Below are positions 26,721 to 36,337 of a stretch of DNA of 64,000 nucleotides, in pieces. The stretch comes from a virus: the IMG/VR virus record IMGVR_UViG_3300035491_000193, positions 95,451-159,450 of that record. One strand, written 5' to 3'. Under the pieces are notes generated by a model that was not told where the DNA came from, ran no database searches, and saw only the letters and a program-made list of their open reading frames with translations. Each line of letters opens with the position of its first letter. Within the stretch, counting starts at the first letter, position 1. Both the position numbers and the translations under genes were made by a program.

Positions 26721-27411
26721 GCTCAGGTTCCACTATCGGAATAATACTGTCAGAAACAGAAGTCCACTTTTCGACTTCTTTTAACATACCATCGTAACCG
26801 ATGGTTTTTATTAAGTGCAGACAATGGTACATGCGTGCAGTTTCGTACCCTTCATAGCCGGCGTCATATACCGCCACATGCGGAATCCGTTCCGGGTAGT
26901 TCCAGAATCGCTGTATTTCGATGTCACTAATCGGGGGTATTTCCAGACCGTGATTAACACGCTCCACGGTCCGAGATGAGTCTAGAGGGCGGGCATGGAG
27001 TGGGGTACGGTACATACCTAACTGCCGCAACGCATGGCGAAGAATCACATAGTCAAAGTCCGGCCCCTTCATCGGCATGGCAAACTTGCCGTAAGGAAGC
27101 GATCGGAAGTAACTGTCGACCTGTTTCATGCCTTCGTTGAAGGTCGTGCGTCCATGCCAGGTCATGTCGTGTGCCAACTGTGTGGGGTGGCCTTCGCCGC
27201 GCCCGGCCCACCAGTCGAGGGTCTGAGGGCTGCTAGTGCGACTGGCCTGTTCAGGGTCCTCGGGATCGAAGGTCACGTTTAGCACACTAACCGGCTTCAA
27301 GGTGTAGTTATCGAACATCACCGCACCAACGGACAGGAGGTAGGCAGAGGCTTCAGTGTCCTTGGTCTCAATGTCCGCGCCGACTGTGTATCTGGGAATC
27401 GTTATACGCAT
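26701..27411 (-). CDS. DEDDh 3'-5' exonuclease (Rv2179c/DUF5051-like)
   Basis: ADIET, LSVGAV, GPDFDYVILR, DSSRT and HVAVYDA motifs. Confidence 0.75.
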   Translation of the reverse strand: MRITIPRYTVGADIETKDTEASAYLLSVGAVMFDNYTLKPVSVLNVTFDPEDPEQASRTSSPQTLDWWAGRGEGHPTQLAHDMTWHGRTTFNEGMKQVDSYFRSLPYGKFAMPMKGPDFDYVILRHALRQLGMYRTPLHARPLDSSRTVERVNHGLEIPPISDIEIQRFWNYPERIPHVAVYDAGYEGYETARMYHCLHLIKTIGYDGMLKEVEKWTSVSDSIIPIVEPEHDNPTS

Positions 27412-27460
27412 AATGAACTAATCCAAAGTTAGCGGGGTCTATAGTATCGATAACTTAGTA

Positions 27461-27498
27461 ATAAATAAAAATAACGATGGGGACCGAAGTCCCCATCG
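27461..27498 (-). terminator. Intrinsic terminator with UUCG loop
   Basis: CGATGGGGAC-CGAA-GTCCCCATCG with an A-tract to its left. Confidence 0.75.
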
Positions 27499-27506
27499 CA
27501 CGTTGG

Positions 27507-27956
27507 TTAATATACGCAAAACTTTAATTGGGTCTGGTAGGCCCTGCGCACTGTGACCACGTCGCGATTATGACGCAGTCGCAACTCGCGAATAAAGTCG
27601 GTCAGGTCCCACTCGAAGTCGTCACGACGTCCTTGACGGCGTCGCTCAAACGTGGGGAATGGCTCCAGCTGCGGCGGTTCAGTGAGACGACAGAGCGCTG
27701 GATCGGCAGGGGGCGTCCATCCTAAGCTGACTGCGTACTGGTTCAGGTTTTTCGTGTAAGCAAATAAATAACCCAAGTACAGGTTCATGTCATCTGCGTA
27801 CTGGCGGATCTCTTCACGCGTGGGTGAGTCTTCCCTCTGCGTGATTAATTGGGGTGGTTGGGTAACTATACCGATAGGGATAGTGGTCGTATCTCGGTTT
27901 AGGACGCAGCCCCCCAACTGCGCCACTATGAGCAACGCCAAAAGTAATCTCATCAT
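27507..27956 (-). CDS. Lipoprotein, probable o-spanin (Rz1-like)
   Basis: Signal peptide with lipobox LGGC; Pro-rich segments; directly follows a membrane protein gene. Confidence 0.6.
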   Translation of the reverse strand: MMRLLLALLIVAQLGGCVLNRDTTTIPIGIVTQPPQLITQREDSPTREEIRQYADDMNLYLGYLFAYTKNLNQYAVSLGWTPPADPALCRLTEPPQLEPFPTFERRRQGRRDDFEWDLTDFIRELRLRHNRDVVTVRRAYQTQLKFCVY

Positions 27957-27960
27957 TACC

Positions 27961-28377
27961 TCAGTTTGTTCCGTTGATCCAGTCGATCATCCGATCCTGA
28001 TTCACTGTCCGTGTATCCTCCTCTCTGACAACGAGCCGATTGCGGTCACCGCGTTTATCATATGGCTCGGGCGTCTTAGGCGGCTCTTCAACAGCTGATC
28101 GTGAATGCGCATGCACCAATTCGCCGATACGCAGTTGTTGAGCCTCGACGGTGTCATTCAGGTGCGCGATGGTGGTGTTCAGCCGGACGTTCTCGCCATG
28201 CAAGACGAAGAACTGCTCACCAACATACACCAGCATGCAGAACAGGCTGACGATCACCAGTACGCTAACGCGTTCCAGTACCGTACTGCGCTTGTTCTCT
28301 GCCTGAGGATTGAGGATCTCTTTGCCGTACTCCAAGAGAATCGGAAGAAGTACTTTTATCCAAGATAAGGCTCCCAT
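27961..28377 (-). CDS. Membrane protein, probable i-spanin (Rz-like)
   Basis: Transmembrane segment VSVLVIVSLFCMLVYVG followed by a coiled coil; paired with the lipoprotein gene. Confidence 0.55.
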   Translation of the reverse strand: MGALSWIKVLLPILLEYGKEILNPQAENKRSTVLERVSVLVIVSLFCMLVYVGEQFFVLHGENVRLNTTIAHLNDTVEAQQLRIGELVHAHSRSAVEEPPKTPEPYDKRGDRNRLVVREEDTRTVNQDRMIDWINGTN

Positions 28378-28436
28378 ATCAGTTTTACCTTCTATTTCAT
28401 GTGTTACCTATTAAAAAATGGCTTTGGAGTGCATTT

Positions 28437-29759
28437 ATGTTTACCTTGAAAGGGTTTATATCCATTACTGCGTTGGCAAACAACACGCCTAACCTCGTGT
28501 CTCCTCTTGGTGAATTGTCGAGCGTATCAGAAAGTTACGCCCGCGAAAAGGGCTTCTATAACAAAGCGGACGCGCCGAATGTTCAGCTGGTAACGTTCAC
28601 CAGTGAACGAGACGGTAATGTGATCACCACACCGGCCGCGTTTCACAGTCACGTCCTGACGATTGCTCAGTGGGTGTTTAATAACGCAGTCAGTAATACC
28701 ATCAACGACGATCCTGAAGCGTTTCGTCAACTACTACTCACCCAATTCGGCGTCGACATTAAAAACGTGGAAGTGGGTAAGATGGTGGTGGCCAAATCCA
28801 ACTGGATGCCCTCTTATATTCAATGGACACTGGATAAAGCCGGCGTCGAAGAAAACACCATCCGAATTTGGTTTGCTGACGAAGCGTTCCAAAACCAGTA
28901 TGATGATTACGAAATCATTGTCATTCCGCCCATTGAGCCCGTGGACACATTCCAGAAAGTTAAGTCAGTGGTACAGACCGCGTTGGCGACGTTTAACCAA
29001 CCAGACCATCTCCTCAAAGTGCTGGAAAAGACAGATGGGGTACCGTACACCTACCTGATCTCGAAAGAATACGACTGGTACGATCGTGAAGATCCAACTG
29101 CGACCCTTCCCACCACCTGGTCGGTGGCGGTGTATGGAATCGCTGGTAGAAACCCGATTGTGATCAAAGAAGCCATCGCCGACTACATCCTTGAGAATTC
29201 CGCGTATGGTCGTCCCGATTGGATACCGGTGTTTCCGGATATCTTCACCTCCACCGAGTTCGTGTTCGTTCCGATGTGGCACCGTAACAGCATTCCCGAT
29301 GAAACAGTAAGGGGGTCCTTGTACTCTCCTTTGGTTTCATATAATGATGCGCTCGCAGTCACTAACATGTTCGTGAAATACACTAAAGCCGGGCATGTGC
29401 AGGAGAATTTAGAGTTTGGTACAGTGCATTTTAAATCGCTGGCATTCACCGTGGTGGGTGGCCAAGATAACCGGAATGCGGTGTTTAATCTCAGCGCTTA
29501 TTTCCCGGACTATGCCCTGATCCCGAGCACATCTATCGAATTCAATCGGATGTCGGCGGACACTGTGGAATGGATGACCATGTTTGTGCGGGCGGTGATT
29601 ACTGCTGAGGAGATGGATGAGTATTCTTACGTTGATGTGGAGTTTTCGCGCATTGAACGTGACGGAAACATGTACATCGGCTTCTCGCATGAGAACGTGC
29701 TGTACTTGATCTTGACACGCAACGCGCTGTTGGAAGGTCTGGCTGCTAACGCTGGCTAA
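28437..29759 (+). CDS. Conserved virion structural protein
   Basis: GGAG RBS before ATG 28437; MFTLKGF...GELS N-terminus resembles PhiKZ-like virion proteins. Confidence 0.6.
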   Translation: MFTLKGFISITALANNTPNLVSPLGELSSVSESYAREKGFYNKADAPNVQLVTFTSERDGNVITTPAAFHSHVLTIAQWVFNNAVSNTINDDPEAFRQLLLTQFGVDIKNVEVGKMVVAKSNWMPSYIQWTLDKAGVEENTIRIWFADEAFQNQYDDYEIIVIPPIEPVDTFQKVKSVVQTALATFNQPDHLLKVLEKTDGVPYTYLISKEYDWYDREDPTATLPTTWSVAVYGIAGRNPIVIKEAIADYILENSAYGRPDWIPVFPDIFTSTEFVFVPMWHRNSIPDETVRGSLYSPLVSYNDALAVTNMFVKYTKAGHVQENLEFGTVHFKSLAFTVVGGQDNRNAVFNLSAYFPDYALIPSTSIEFNRMSADTVEWMTMFVRAVITAEEMDEYSYVDVEFSRIERDGNMYIGFSHENVLYLILTRNALLEGLAANAG

Positions 29760-29774
29760 CTCGTAGGAGGATAA

Positions 29775-30413
29775 ATGGCACAATTAACCACGCGCCGTAC
29801 AGTCACCCCGCCAATTAATACGTCCGGCTTTTACCAAGTGTATCAGCCGTTTGTACTTAGCGATCGATTGACGTACCGGTGCGACGCCATTCGTAGCTTT
29901 AGCGAATTGGCCAAACGCGACATCGATGTCTATGTCACCTACTACAAACCGTTTGGAATCAGTGAGGCCGACTACCAGAAAGACTTGGACCTCAATGCTT
30001 CTATCGTCACCTTGATCTCCTCTGAAGGCGAGTTTGTTTACGTCCCTAACACGTACATTGAAGCATATCCCGGCATGTCTGGGGTGTCGTATCAACGTAC
30101 GGTGTTGGTGGTTGAGATGGGTCCACTGCCAGAATCTGCTGATGTCACTTATCTGCTGCCGGAAGTGGAGTCATTAGTATCGTCTGCATCAGGCACGTCC
30201 GCTAAGGCAACAGTTGCAGTGGTACCGTTGGAGAGTCCACTGACCCATGAAGAGCATCAGCAGCTAGAAGGTGCCCGACGAGGCGCCCTTGCTCTAAGAA
30301 CCTCCCTGGTTGAAGAGAACGCTACGCTGACCGCAAGAAACGACGAGCTGACCAGGCAGGTGGATGAGTTGATGGCTATCATCGCCAGCCGGCCTGAGTT
30401 CGTTGCCGACTGA
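29775..30413 (+). CDS. Conserved virion structural protein (212 aa)
   Basis: AGGAGG RBS; co-transcribed with the previous gene; C-terminal coiled coil. Confidence 0.55.
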   Translation: MAQLTTRRTVTPPINTSGFYQVYQPFVLSDRLTYRCDAIRSFSELAKRDIDVYVTYYKPFGISEADYQKDLDLNASIVTLISSEGEFVYVPNTYIEAYPGMSGVSYQRTVLVVEMGPLPESADVTYLLPEVESLVSSASGTSAKATVAVVPLESPLTHEEHQQLEGARRGALALRTSLVEENATLTARNDELTRQVDELMAIIASRPEFVAD

Positions 30414-30457
30414 CAAAAAAAAAAGAAAGTCTGCCGTGTGGGGTTGCCCCCACACGG
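30414..30457. terminator. Terminator between convergent genes
   Basis: A10 run plus CCGTGTGGGG-TTGC-CCCCACACGG. Confidence 0.75.
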
Positions 30458-30462
30458 TGGTG

Positions 30463-31311
30463 TTATGCTGCTAACTCGCGATCACGTATCACGGCATCTT
30501 GCAGGTTCCAGTCGGGAGCAAGCGGATCGCGCTTGGATTGGAACTTGCAATGGACCTTGAATGTGCTGTGTACCATTGTGGATGTAGGTGTCAGGCGCAC
30601 GTCAGGTTTGGTTAATACTGCAGGCATGCAGGTGGATTGCATGGCCAGCACTAACTCCTGTTGCCAGCGTCGCCTCTCCTCTTGGCGATCCAGATATGCC
30701 ACTAACGCTTCCTTGGCCATTGGTCCATAGGTACTGCGTGCCTTATCAATCTTGGCTTTCAATACACCAATGAATTGGGCAACGTTACGCGCTCGACCTT
30801 CGCGGTAGAACAGGCGACCATTGACAGCAGCCAGCTTGGGATACATATCGGCCACGTTCTGATGCCAGGGGGCGCGAGCGATCTCAGCGGCCCGGCGTGG
30901 GGAGAGCAAGTGTGCCATATACACCTCGGTCAGTGTGGGCTCGCGTCCGAGGTAGTTACGTAACGTTCGCCGGTTCTCTTTAAGGTACTCGGCCCCCATC
31001 ACTGCGTTATCGTACGCTGCTCGACGATTAGCAGTTCGCGCAATGCCATACTGGTGACCGTAACGCTGCACAGTCACCCGCCAAGTGCGGTTGGTGAATT
31101 GGAACAGTCCGGTGGCGGTTGATTGATCGTTCTTTACGGTTGGTCGGAACGATGACTCAATGGCCGCAAAGGCGGCCAACTCTTCCACGTTGGTGTTGCT
31201 GTCTAAGCTGGCACGAACGATGTCGTCGGCCACACGATGCCAATTGGCGGAAGCCATACTGCTGGTGAACAATGTAGTCACGAAAATAAAGACGGTGTAC
31301 AAGTTAAGCAT
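30463..31311 (-). CDS. Soluble lytic transglycosylase (SLT) endolysin-like protein with N-terminal hydrophobic signal
   Basis: AAIESSF (catalytic Glu), ATGLFQF, NAVMGAEYL, VYMAHLL; N-terminus MLNLYTVFIFVTTLFTSSMASA; GGAG RBS. Confidence 0.8.
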   Translation of the reverse strand: MLNLYTVFIFVTTLFTSSMASANWHRVADDIVRASLDSNTNVEELAAFAAIESSFRPTVKNDQSTATGLFQFTNRTWRVTVQRYGHQYGIARTANRRAAYDNAVMGAEYLKENRRTLRNYLGREPTLTEVYMAHLLSPRRAAEIARAPWHQNVADMYPKLAAVNGRLFYREGRARNVAQFIGVLKAKIDKARSTYGPMAKEALVAYLDRQEERRRWQQELVLAMQSTCMPAVLTKPDVRLTPTSTMVHSTFKVHCKFQSKRDPLAPDWNLQDAVIRDRELAA

Positions 31312-31342
31312 AAGTCTCTCCAAGATTTCTGGTCTGGTTTGG

Positions 31343-31918
31343 TTATGCGACGGTTGCCGCTTCTTCGTTTTTCTGTACTTTCTTTTTCGGATAGGGAATA
31401 ACGTTAATAACTTTCTTCAATTTAAAATGAGGGAAGTGGCCAAAGTACGATGATTTAAAGGTGGCGACCCGGCCTTTGTGGAGCACGTAACCACCATTAA
31501 AGATTGCAGAATAGAGCGCGCCTAAATGCGTACGCTCACAGGACGTTAGTTCGGAATCACATTGACGACCCAGGTCAGTGTCGATACAAATGTCCAAGGA
31601 CAGCTGGGTTGGTCGCGGGTAGTGTTGTGTGAGCCTTGCTCTAGTGTGTTTGTATTGTTCAGGATCGGCGCCAGACAACTTCTTTGACAGTGACATACTC
31701 TTGCGCTCGAGTCCACGCACGTAGTGCTCGAACAGGCGGCTTGCCACATCACGGTGTCCGTCCGTAAACCCATGGCCAATTTCAACACTGCATATATACA
31801 GCTGCGGTTCGCCTGTTGGGGTATTAAAAATAGGAACCGTGACATGAATCGAATCCAGGTCACGCAGGGTTAAATCCAGGTACTCGTTTACGTATTCAGT
31901 GAAGTGAGGATGGTACAT
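31343..31918 (-). CDS. Hypothetical protein; probable start ATG 31918
   Basis: AAGGA RBS before ATG 31918; the promoter-like motif lies just upstream, inside the longer ORF-track version. Confidence 0.6.
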   Translation of the reverse strand: MYHPHFTEYVNEYLDLTLRDLDSIHVTVPIFNTPTGEPQLYICSVEIGHGFTDGHRDVASRLFEHYVRGLERKSMSLSKKLSGADPEQYKHTRARLTQHYPRPTQLSLDICIDTDLGRQCDSELTSCERTHLGALYSAIFNGGYVLHKGRVATFKSSYFGHFPHFKLKKVINVIPYPKKKVQKNEEAATVA

Positions 31919-31955
31919 ATCAAAGTTCCTTGATGATACACGCGCTAATTCAAGA

Positions 31956-31973
31956 AGATGATATATACCTGAG
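31956..31973 (-). promoter_or_regulatory. Repeated promoter-like motif CTCAGGTATATATCATCT
   Basis: 16/18 identical to the copy at 60024-60041; about 40 nt upstream of an RBS and ATG. Confidence 0.55.
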
Positions 31974-31980
31974 GTAAAAT

Positions 31981-32448
31981 TCACTCGTCCTGATAGAGCA
32001 CGCTGTCCAGGGGGATGTCTGAAAGCACATCATGAATGGCTTGCCGTACCCTCGTCTTATCCTCACCTGCCAGCCGGCCATTGAGCTGCCCTAGAGGTGG
32101 TAGTGCCAGCGAGGTGATTTTTAACGTGGGGTAATGGTTTGCCAGTTTATGGAGATTGTCAATAATCAGTTCTGGCGGGGACGGGTCCCGCCAGTCAATC
32201 TTCGTAGGAAACAACAAGATCCTCCGCTCGGTTGACACACGATAACTCATTAGGCTGTTTGGTAATACTAGCCCGGCTTTGCAGCGCTTGCGGTAGTGTT
32301 GGTAAATGGCGGGGTGCCGCTCCCGCAGCGACAATGCCACACCGCGCCCCATAGCGCCGACCACGTTGATGGTGATCAGCACCGTTTGTTCTGGAGCGTT
32401 AAGGATGTCGCGGCCTGGCAATGCGTCACGCGACCGAACGGTGTGCAT
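31981..32448 (-). CDS. Macrodomain protein, DarG/TARG1-like
   Basis: TINVVGAMGRGVA, LFPTK.DWR and LALPPLG motifs. Confidence 0.8.
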   Translation of the reverse strand: MHTVRSRDALPGRDILNAPEQTVLITINVVGAMGRGVALSLRERHPAIYQHYRKRCKAGLVLPNSLMSYRVSTERRILLFPTKIDWRDPSPPELIIDNLHKLANHYPTLKITSLALPPLGQLNGRLAGEDKTRVRQAIHDVLSDIPLDSVLYQDE

Positions 32449-32779
32449 GAGTTACCTTACTGTCCAAATGTGCAAGGATGGTGGGCGCCTCTATTGCCAG
32501 CAGTCGGCGTGCATTGGCCGTGACTTGAGGTCGTGTGTTCGGGTGGGTCAATACACGCATCAGACTGCGAGCATTGTTGATGTATTGACAACGACCACTC
32601 TCATCGTTGTAGAGCACCATCAGATCACTGTCGTCCATGACCGCCACCGTCAGGTTGACGTTGTCAGTGGTCGGGATATTGGTCGCCAAACTGACACGGC
32701 TAAAGTTCAGTCGACGTGCCTCACCAATCAGTTGCTGATAAATGTCGGCTGGAATACGATTGAAGTTCTTTGCTTTCAT
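32426..32779 (-). CDS. Hypothetical protein (117 aa)
   Basis: AGGA RBS; overlaps the macrodomain gene. Confidence 0.6.
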   Translation of the reverse strand: MKAKNFNRIPADIYQQLIGEARRLNFSRVSLATNIPTTDNVNLTVAVMDDSDLMVLYNDESGRCQYINNARSLMRVLTHPNTRPQVTANARRLLAIEAPTILAHLDSKVTHAHRSVA

Positions 32780-32794
32780 TGGAGCTAGTTCCTA

Positions 32795-35296
32795 TCATCC
32801 TGCGTACGTGATGGTGACGCGTTCGTTGTACGATTGTGGCAACGTAATGCCTTCCGGATCAATGACCACGTTTGCCGCATTAGCCAATTTAAAATGACTG
32901 GCAGGATCGTGGCTAACCATAAACACCTGACTACAAAATCCACCACCCAATAACCCCTTCACAAAGTCAATCATGGATGCGCGATGGCCTTGGTCGAAAC
33001 CACTACCCAGCTCATCCAAGAACAGCGGGTAACGCTCCAACCCGCGGGCACGGTACACTGCCAACACAAACACGAAGTCAAACACTTCCTTCTGCCCTAC
33101 CGACCCGAGGGAAATGTCCGCTTTGGGTCGAGAGTCGTCGCCGCTCCAATATGGGAACTTGTAGTCCATATCGGCATCGGACACGTCACAGGGCAGGACC
33201 TGCATACGATAGCCCCATATTTGCTCTACGTATTCTGTCATCAGGTTGGTGATGCGTTCAATACATTGGTAAAGATACTTAGCCAGGACCCCAGAATCGG
33301 GAGACATGGACTCCATGATGTGCTTGACCGCATTGAGGCGCGTGGCTTGGGTCGCAAGCTGCTGCTCCTGGTCTTCCAGACGCAGTCGCTCCCGTTCCAT
33401 CTCATCGTAACGTTGCCGACAAGTGATGAGTAGGTCCCAGAGTTGTTGGCGGTGCTCAGCCAGTAGCTCTTGCTTAATGTTAGCCACCACCACATCACTC
33501 AGCCGCTGATGCTCGTCCAAATAGCGCTGGTGCTCGGCTTCCAGTTCGGCCGCTCGCCGCTGCCGTAGTTCCACATCGTGGAATAGCTGAAGGTGGGTCT
33601 TGGCAACGTGCTTACGCGACAGTAAGTCGTTGATGCGTTGGTTGAGCTCGGTCTCCAGCTGCTTGAGCTGATCCACATCTTCAGCCTGCGTGGCCTCTGC
33701 CAGCTTGATCTCGTCAGCGATGCGTTCTATACGCGCGTCTATATTGGCACGGCGTGCCATGGCAGACAGTTCGGTCTGGAATCGTTGAATGCTGGGCAAG
33801 TAGGACAGCGGATCCTTGGAGAAGGCGTCATTGACCGACAGGTAGCTAAATAGGCTCATCACGGGCCGTGAGGATTTGAAATACCGCCCCACGTCATTGA
33901 TGCGGTCTTTAACATGCAGTAACTCACCTAATTGTTTCAGCGCACTCTCCCCAGTCTTCAGCCCTTCACGTACCACTGCTAAGTCATTGGCGACAATAGA
34001 CAGTTCGTGCTGTAACCTCGCCACGTCTGACTGACGCATTCCTGGCTTGAAGGTGTGGTTGCAGTGGTCACAAACTACTTCTTTGGCCTCGTGATATGCT
34101 TTGAGTCGCATGGTTAACTCATGCTCACGTCGCTCCAGCTGCGTCAGTTGATTAGCCAGGACCGCCACTTCTTGCTGCTTGGCCGTATATTGTCCCTGCA
34201 AATCCGCAACGGAAAAGTCCACGGCAAATGCTTTAAGACCATTCACCAGCGTTTCAATGTAGCTGCCTGTGCTTTCTTCGGCGTGTGAAAGTTCAGCCAA
34301 AGTGTATTGGAGTAAGTCCGGGAACAACAACTGTCCTAATTCGTTGTCCAGTGTCTGTTTGGTGCGCATGAGCTCTTGTTCTTGCATGCGCAGTTCACCA
34401 ACGTCGATCTGTGTCACCTGGATGGCCTTGTTAAGTCGGCCTTGCAGGTCCTCTAACCGCTCCAGGGTTTGTTGGTAGTGTGCGTCGATGGCTACCAGCT
34501 CCTGTTCCAACTCACGCGTTGACAGGGCCTGTAAACTACGTGGTACAGCGATGTCCAACTTCATCACTTCGTTGTGAATATGTTGGAGCTTGGCTTCCAC
34601 TCGTTCAAGGTTCGTGATAGATACGTCGGGGTTGGATTGACAGCGGTCAATCTCTCGATCAAGGGCGGAGATGTCCTGCTGGAGTTCTTGTAGCCGCGTT
34701 CGAAGGGCATTGCGTTCTTCCTCCGACGCCACCACTCGCGGACGCAACTCGCCAATGGTGTATTGTAGCGACTTAATACTACCCGTCAGGTCGCGGTGGT
34801 GTTCTTTGGTCTTCTTGTAGAAGGTAAGCGCGTACGACAGGTCAGATTCTGACAGCGAACTAAACCACTTCTTCCGATCGCCTACTGACATCGAAGTCAG
34901 CTTGACGCGTCCGGTGAGCAAATCGTGCAGGTCTTTGTCATAATTGAACAGTTGTTTGATCAGCTTGTTAAACACCGCACTGTTGGCGTCTTTAACCAGC
35001 ACTACGTTATCGGTCAAGTTGATCAGGGTGTTCTTGATATGGCCGTTGCGATTCACACTGCGCAATTCGTAGCGTACGTTGTCCAGCCGCACCACTTGAG
35101 CTTTGTGTCCGTCTGCCAAGATGTCAAACCGAGTCGGTGCCAGCGGACTCAACATCGCAATTAGACGTGACTTACCGCAGCCGTTACGACCAAGGATAAT
35201 GGTGATGGCTTCCTCGATGGTCATTTTAAAGCTTTCTATTTTATTCAGCCACATGCCGTCGAAGTTTTTCAGTTCGATTGATTCAATGAGGTACAT
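32795..35296 (-). CDS. sbcC: SbcC/Rad50-like SMC ATPase (PhiKZ gp165-like)
   Basis: Walker A GRNGCGKS, long coiled coils with central CDHC zinc hook, signature SLGSVGQ, Walker B LFLDELG, and VSHD H-loop. Confidence 0.88.
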   Translation of the reverse strand: MYLIESIELKNFDGMWLNKIESFKMTIEEAITIILGRNGCGKSRLIAMLSPLAPTRFDILADGHKAQVVRLDNVRYELRSVNRNGHIKNTLINLTDNVVLVKDANSAVFNKLIKQLFNYDKDLHDLLTGRVKLTSMSVGDRKKWFSSLSESDLSYALTFYKKTKEHHRDLTGSIKSLQYTIGELRPRVVASEEERNALRTRLQELQQDISALDREIDRCQSNPDVSITNLERVEAKLQHIHNEVMKLDIAVPRSLQALSTRELEQELVAIDAHYQQTLERLEDLQGRLNKAIQVTQIDVGELRMQEQELMRTKQTLDNELGQLLFPDLLQYTLAELSHAEESTGSYIETLVNGLKAFAVDFSVADLQGQYTAKQQEVAVLANQLTQLERREHELTMRLKAYHEAKEVVCDHCNHTFKPGMRQSDVARLQHELSIVANDLAVVREGLKTGESALKQLGELLHVKDRINDVGRYFKSSRPVMSLFSYLSVNDAFSKDPLSYLPSIQRFQTELSAMARRANIDARIERIADEIKLAEATQAEDVDQLKQLETELNQRINDLLSRKHVAKTHLQLFHDVELRQRRAAELEAEHQRYLDEHQRLSDVVVANIKQELLAEHRQQLWDLLITCRQRYDEMERERLRLEDQEQQLATQATRLNAVKHIMESMSPDSGVLAKYLYQCIERITNLMTEYVEQIWGYRMQVLPCDVSDADMDYKFPYWSGDDSRPKADISLGSVGQKEVFDFVFVLAVYRARGLERYPLFLDELGSGFDQGHRASMIDFVKGLLGGGFCSQVFMVSHDPASHFKLANAANVVIDPEGITLPQSYNERVTITYAG

Positions 35297-35388
35297 GTTG
35301 TTCGGACCATGGTTGAGGTTCTATATCATTTCCCATGGCGGTAAAAAATCAGGCATCCTATAGACGCAAACTAAATCGGAGTCAGTCC

Positions 35389-36294
35389 ATGGAACTTTCA
35401 CATTTGCACTTTCATTCCTGGGGGTTAGTGGCTGAAAACGCTGCGATCGGTCAGCAGGTGGTGAGTGTGGTGCCGGTTGAATACCGGTTCGGCCATAAAG
35501 AGGTGGTGATTGATAACCCACAGGAGGATGTGGTCACCTATCCGTCTGAGGACGGGATGGAAACTGTCAAGGTTTTCCACAACGGTGCCGTCCCCTGTCA
35601 GTGGCTTAATCTTAACGGTAACCGAGTCACCCCGCCCAACGTTCGACGTAATGACGACGTCATCATCTTACGCATGGGCAACACTGACCAGTATTACTGG
35701 ATGGACTTTAATATCGCCAATGTAAAGCGACTGGAAACGGCCGTGTGGGCATGGTCAGGCGATCCCAACAACCCCATTAAAGACGACCTCTCTAATGCGT
35801 ACCGGCTAGAAATATCCACGCATGGTGGTCTGGTTACGTTCACTACCTCCCGGGCCAATGGCGAGCCATTCGGTTATGTGCATCAATTCAACACCAAAGA
35901 CGGTAAGGTGGTGTTAGAGGACACAGCCGGGAACCGTATCTACATGGATAGTTCCCGCACGGACATTGGCATGATCAATGCTGACAAAACGTTTCTCCGT
36001 CTCAACCGCAAGAACATCGAGGCCTACGCGCCGGACAGTATACACTGGACCGCTGTGAAACACGTGAGCTTCAAATGTCAGACCATGTCAATCCAAGCCG
36101 CCGACAGCTTGAAGATCAAGACCAACGACTTCTTGGCCGATACGCCAGTCGCCACCTTCACTGGGCTGGTAAAGGCCGATTCAATGAGCTGCACGAACGG
36201 TGGTCAATTTGGGAGTGTGGATGCCTCAGGCGCCATCAATGCCAAATCCATGACCGCAGACACTGCTAACTTTAAATCCCACGGACCACATTAA
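35389..36294 (+). CDS. Baseplate central spike / gp5-like protein (PhiKZ gp164-like)
   Basis: GGAG RBS; WLNLNGNRVTPPNVRR OB-like region, beta-rich repeats, and C-terminal H-x-x-H. Confidence 0.6.
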   Translation: MELSHLHFHSWGLVAENAAIGQQVVSVVPVEYRFGHKEVVIDNPQEDVVTYPSEDGMETVKVFHNGAVPCQWLNLNGNRVTPPNVRRNDDVIILRMGNTDQYYWMDFNIANVKRLETAVWAWSGDPNNPIKDDLSNAYRLEISTHGGLVTFTTSRANGEPFGYVHQFNTKDGKVVLEDTAGNRIYMDSSRTDIGMINADKTFLRLNRKNIEAYAPDSIHWTAVKHVSFKCQTMSIQAADSLKIKTNDFLADTPVATFTGLVKADSMSCTNGGQFGSVDASGAINAKSMTADTANFKSHGPH

Positions 36295-36306
36295 TTGACA
36301 CAACTG

Positions 36307-36336
36307 CGTGCAGGGAGGCACATGCCTCCCTGCACG
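36307..36336. terminator. 14-bp inverted repeat between convergent genes
   Basis: CGTGCAGGGAGGCA-CA-TGCCTCCCTGCACG. Confidence 0.7.
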
Positions 36337-36337
36337 G

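Noticed and set aside
21115-35296. Inteins or further introns in uvsX, RNase H or sbcC
   Set aside because: No C-start/HN-end intein signature, LAGLIDADG block, unexplained insertion or interrupted frame was seen.
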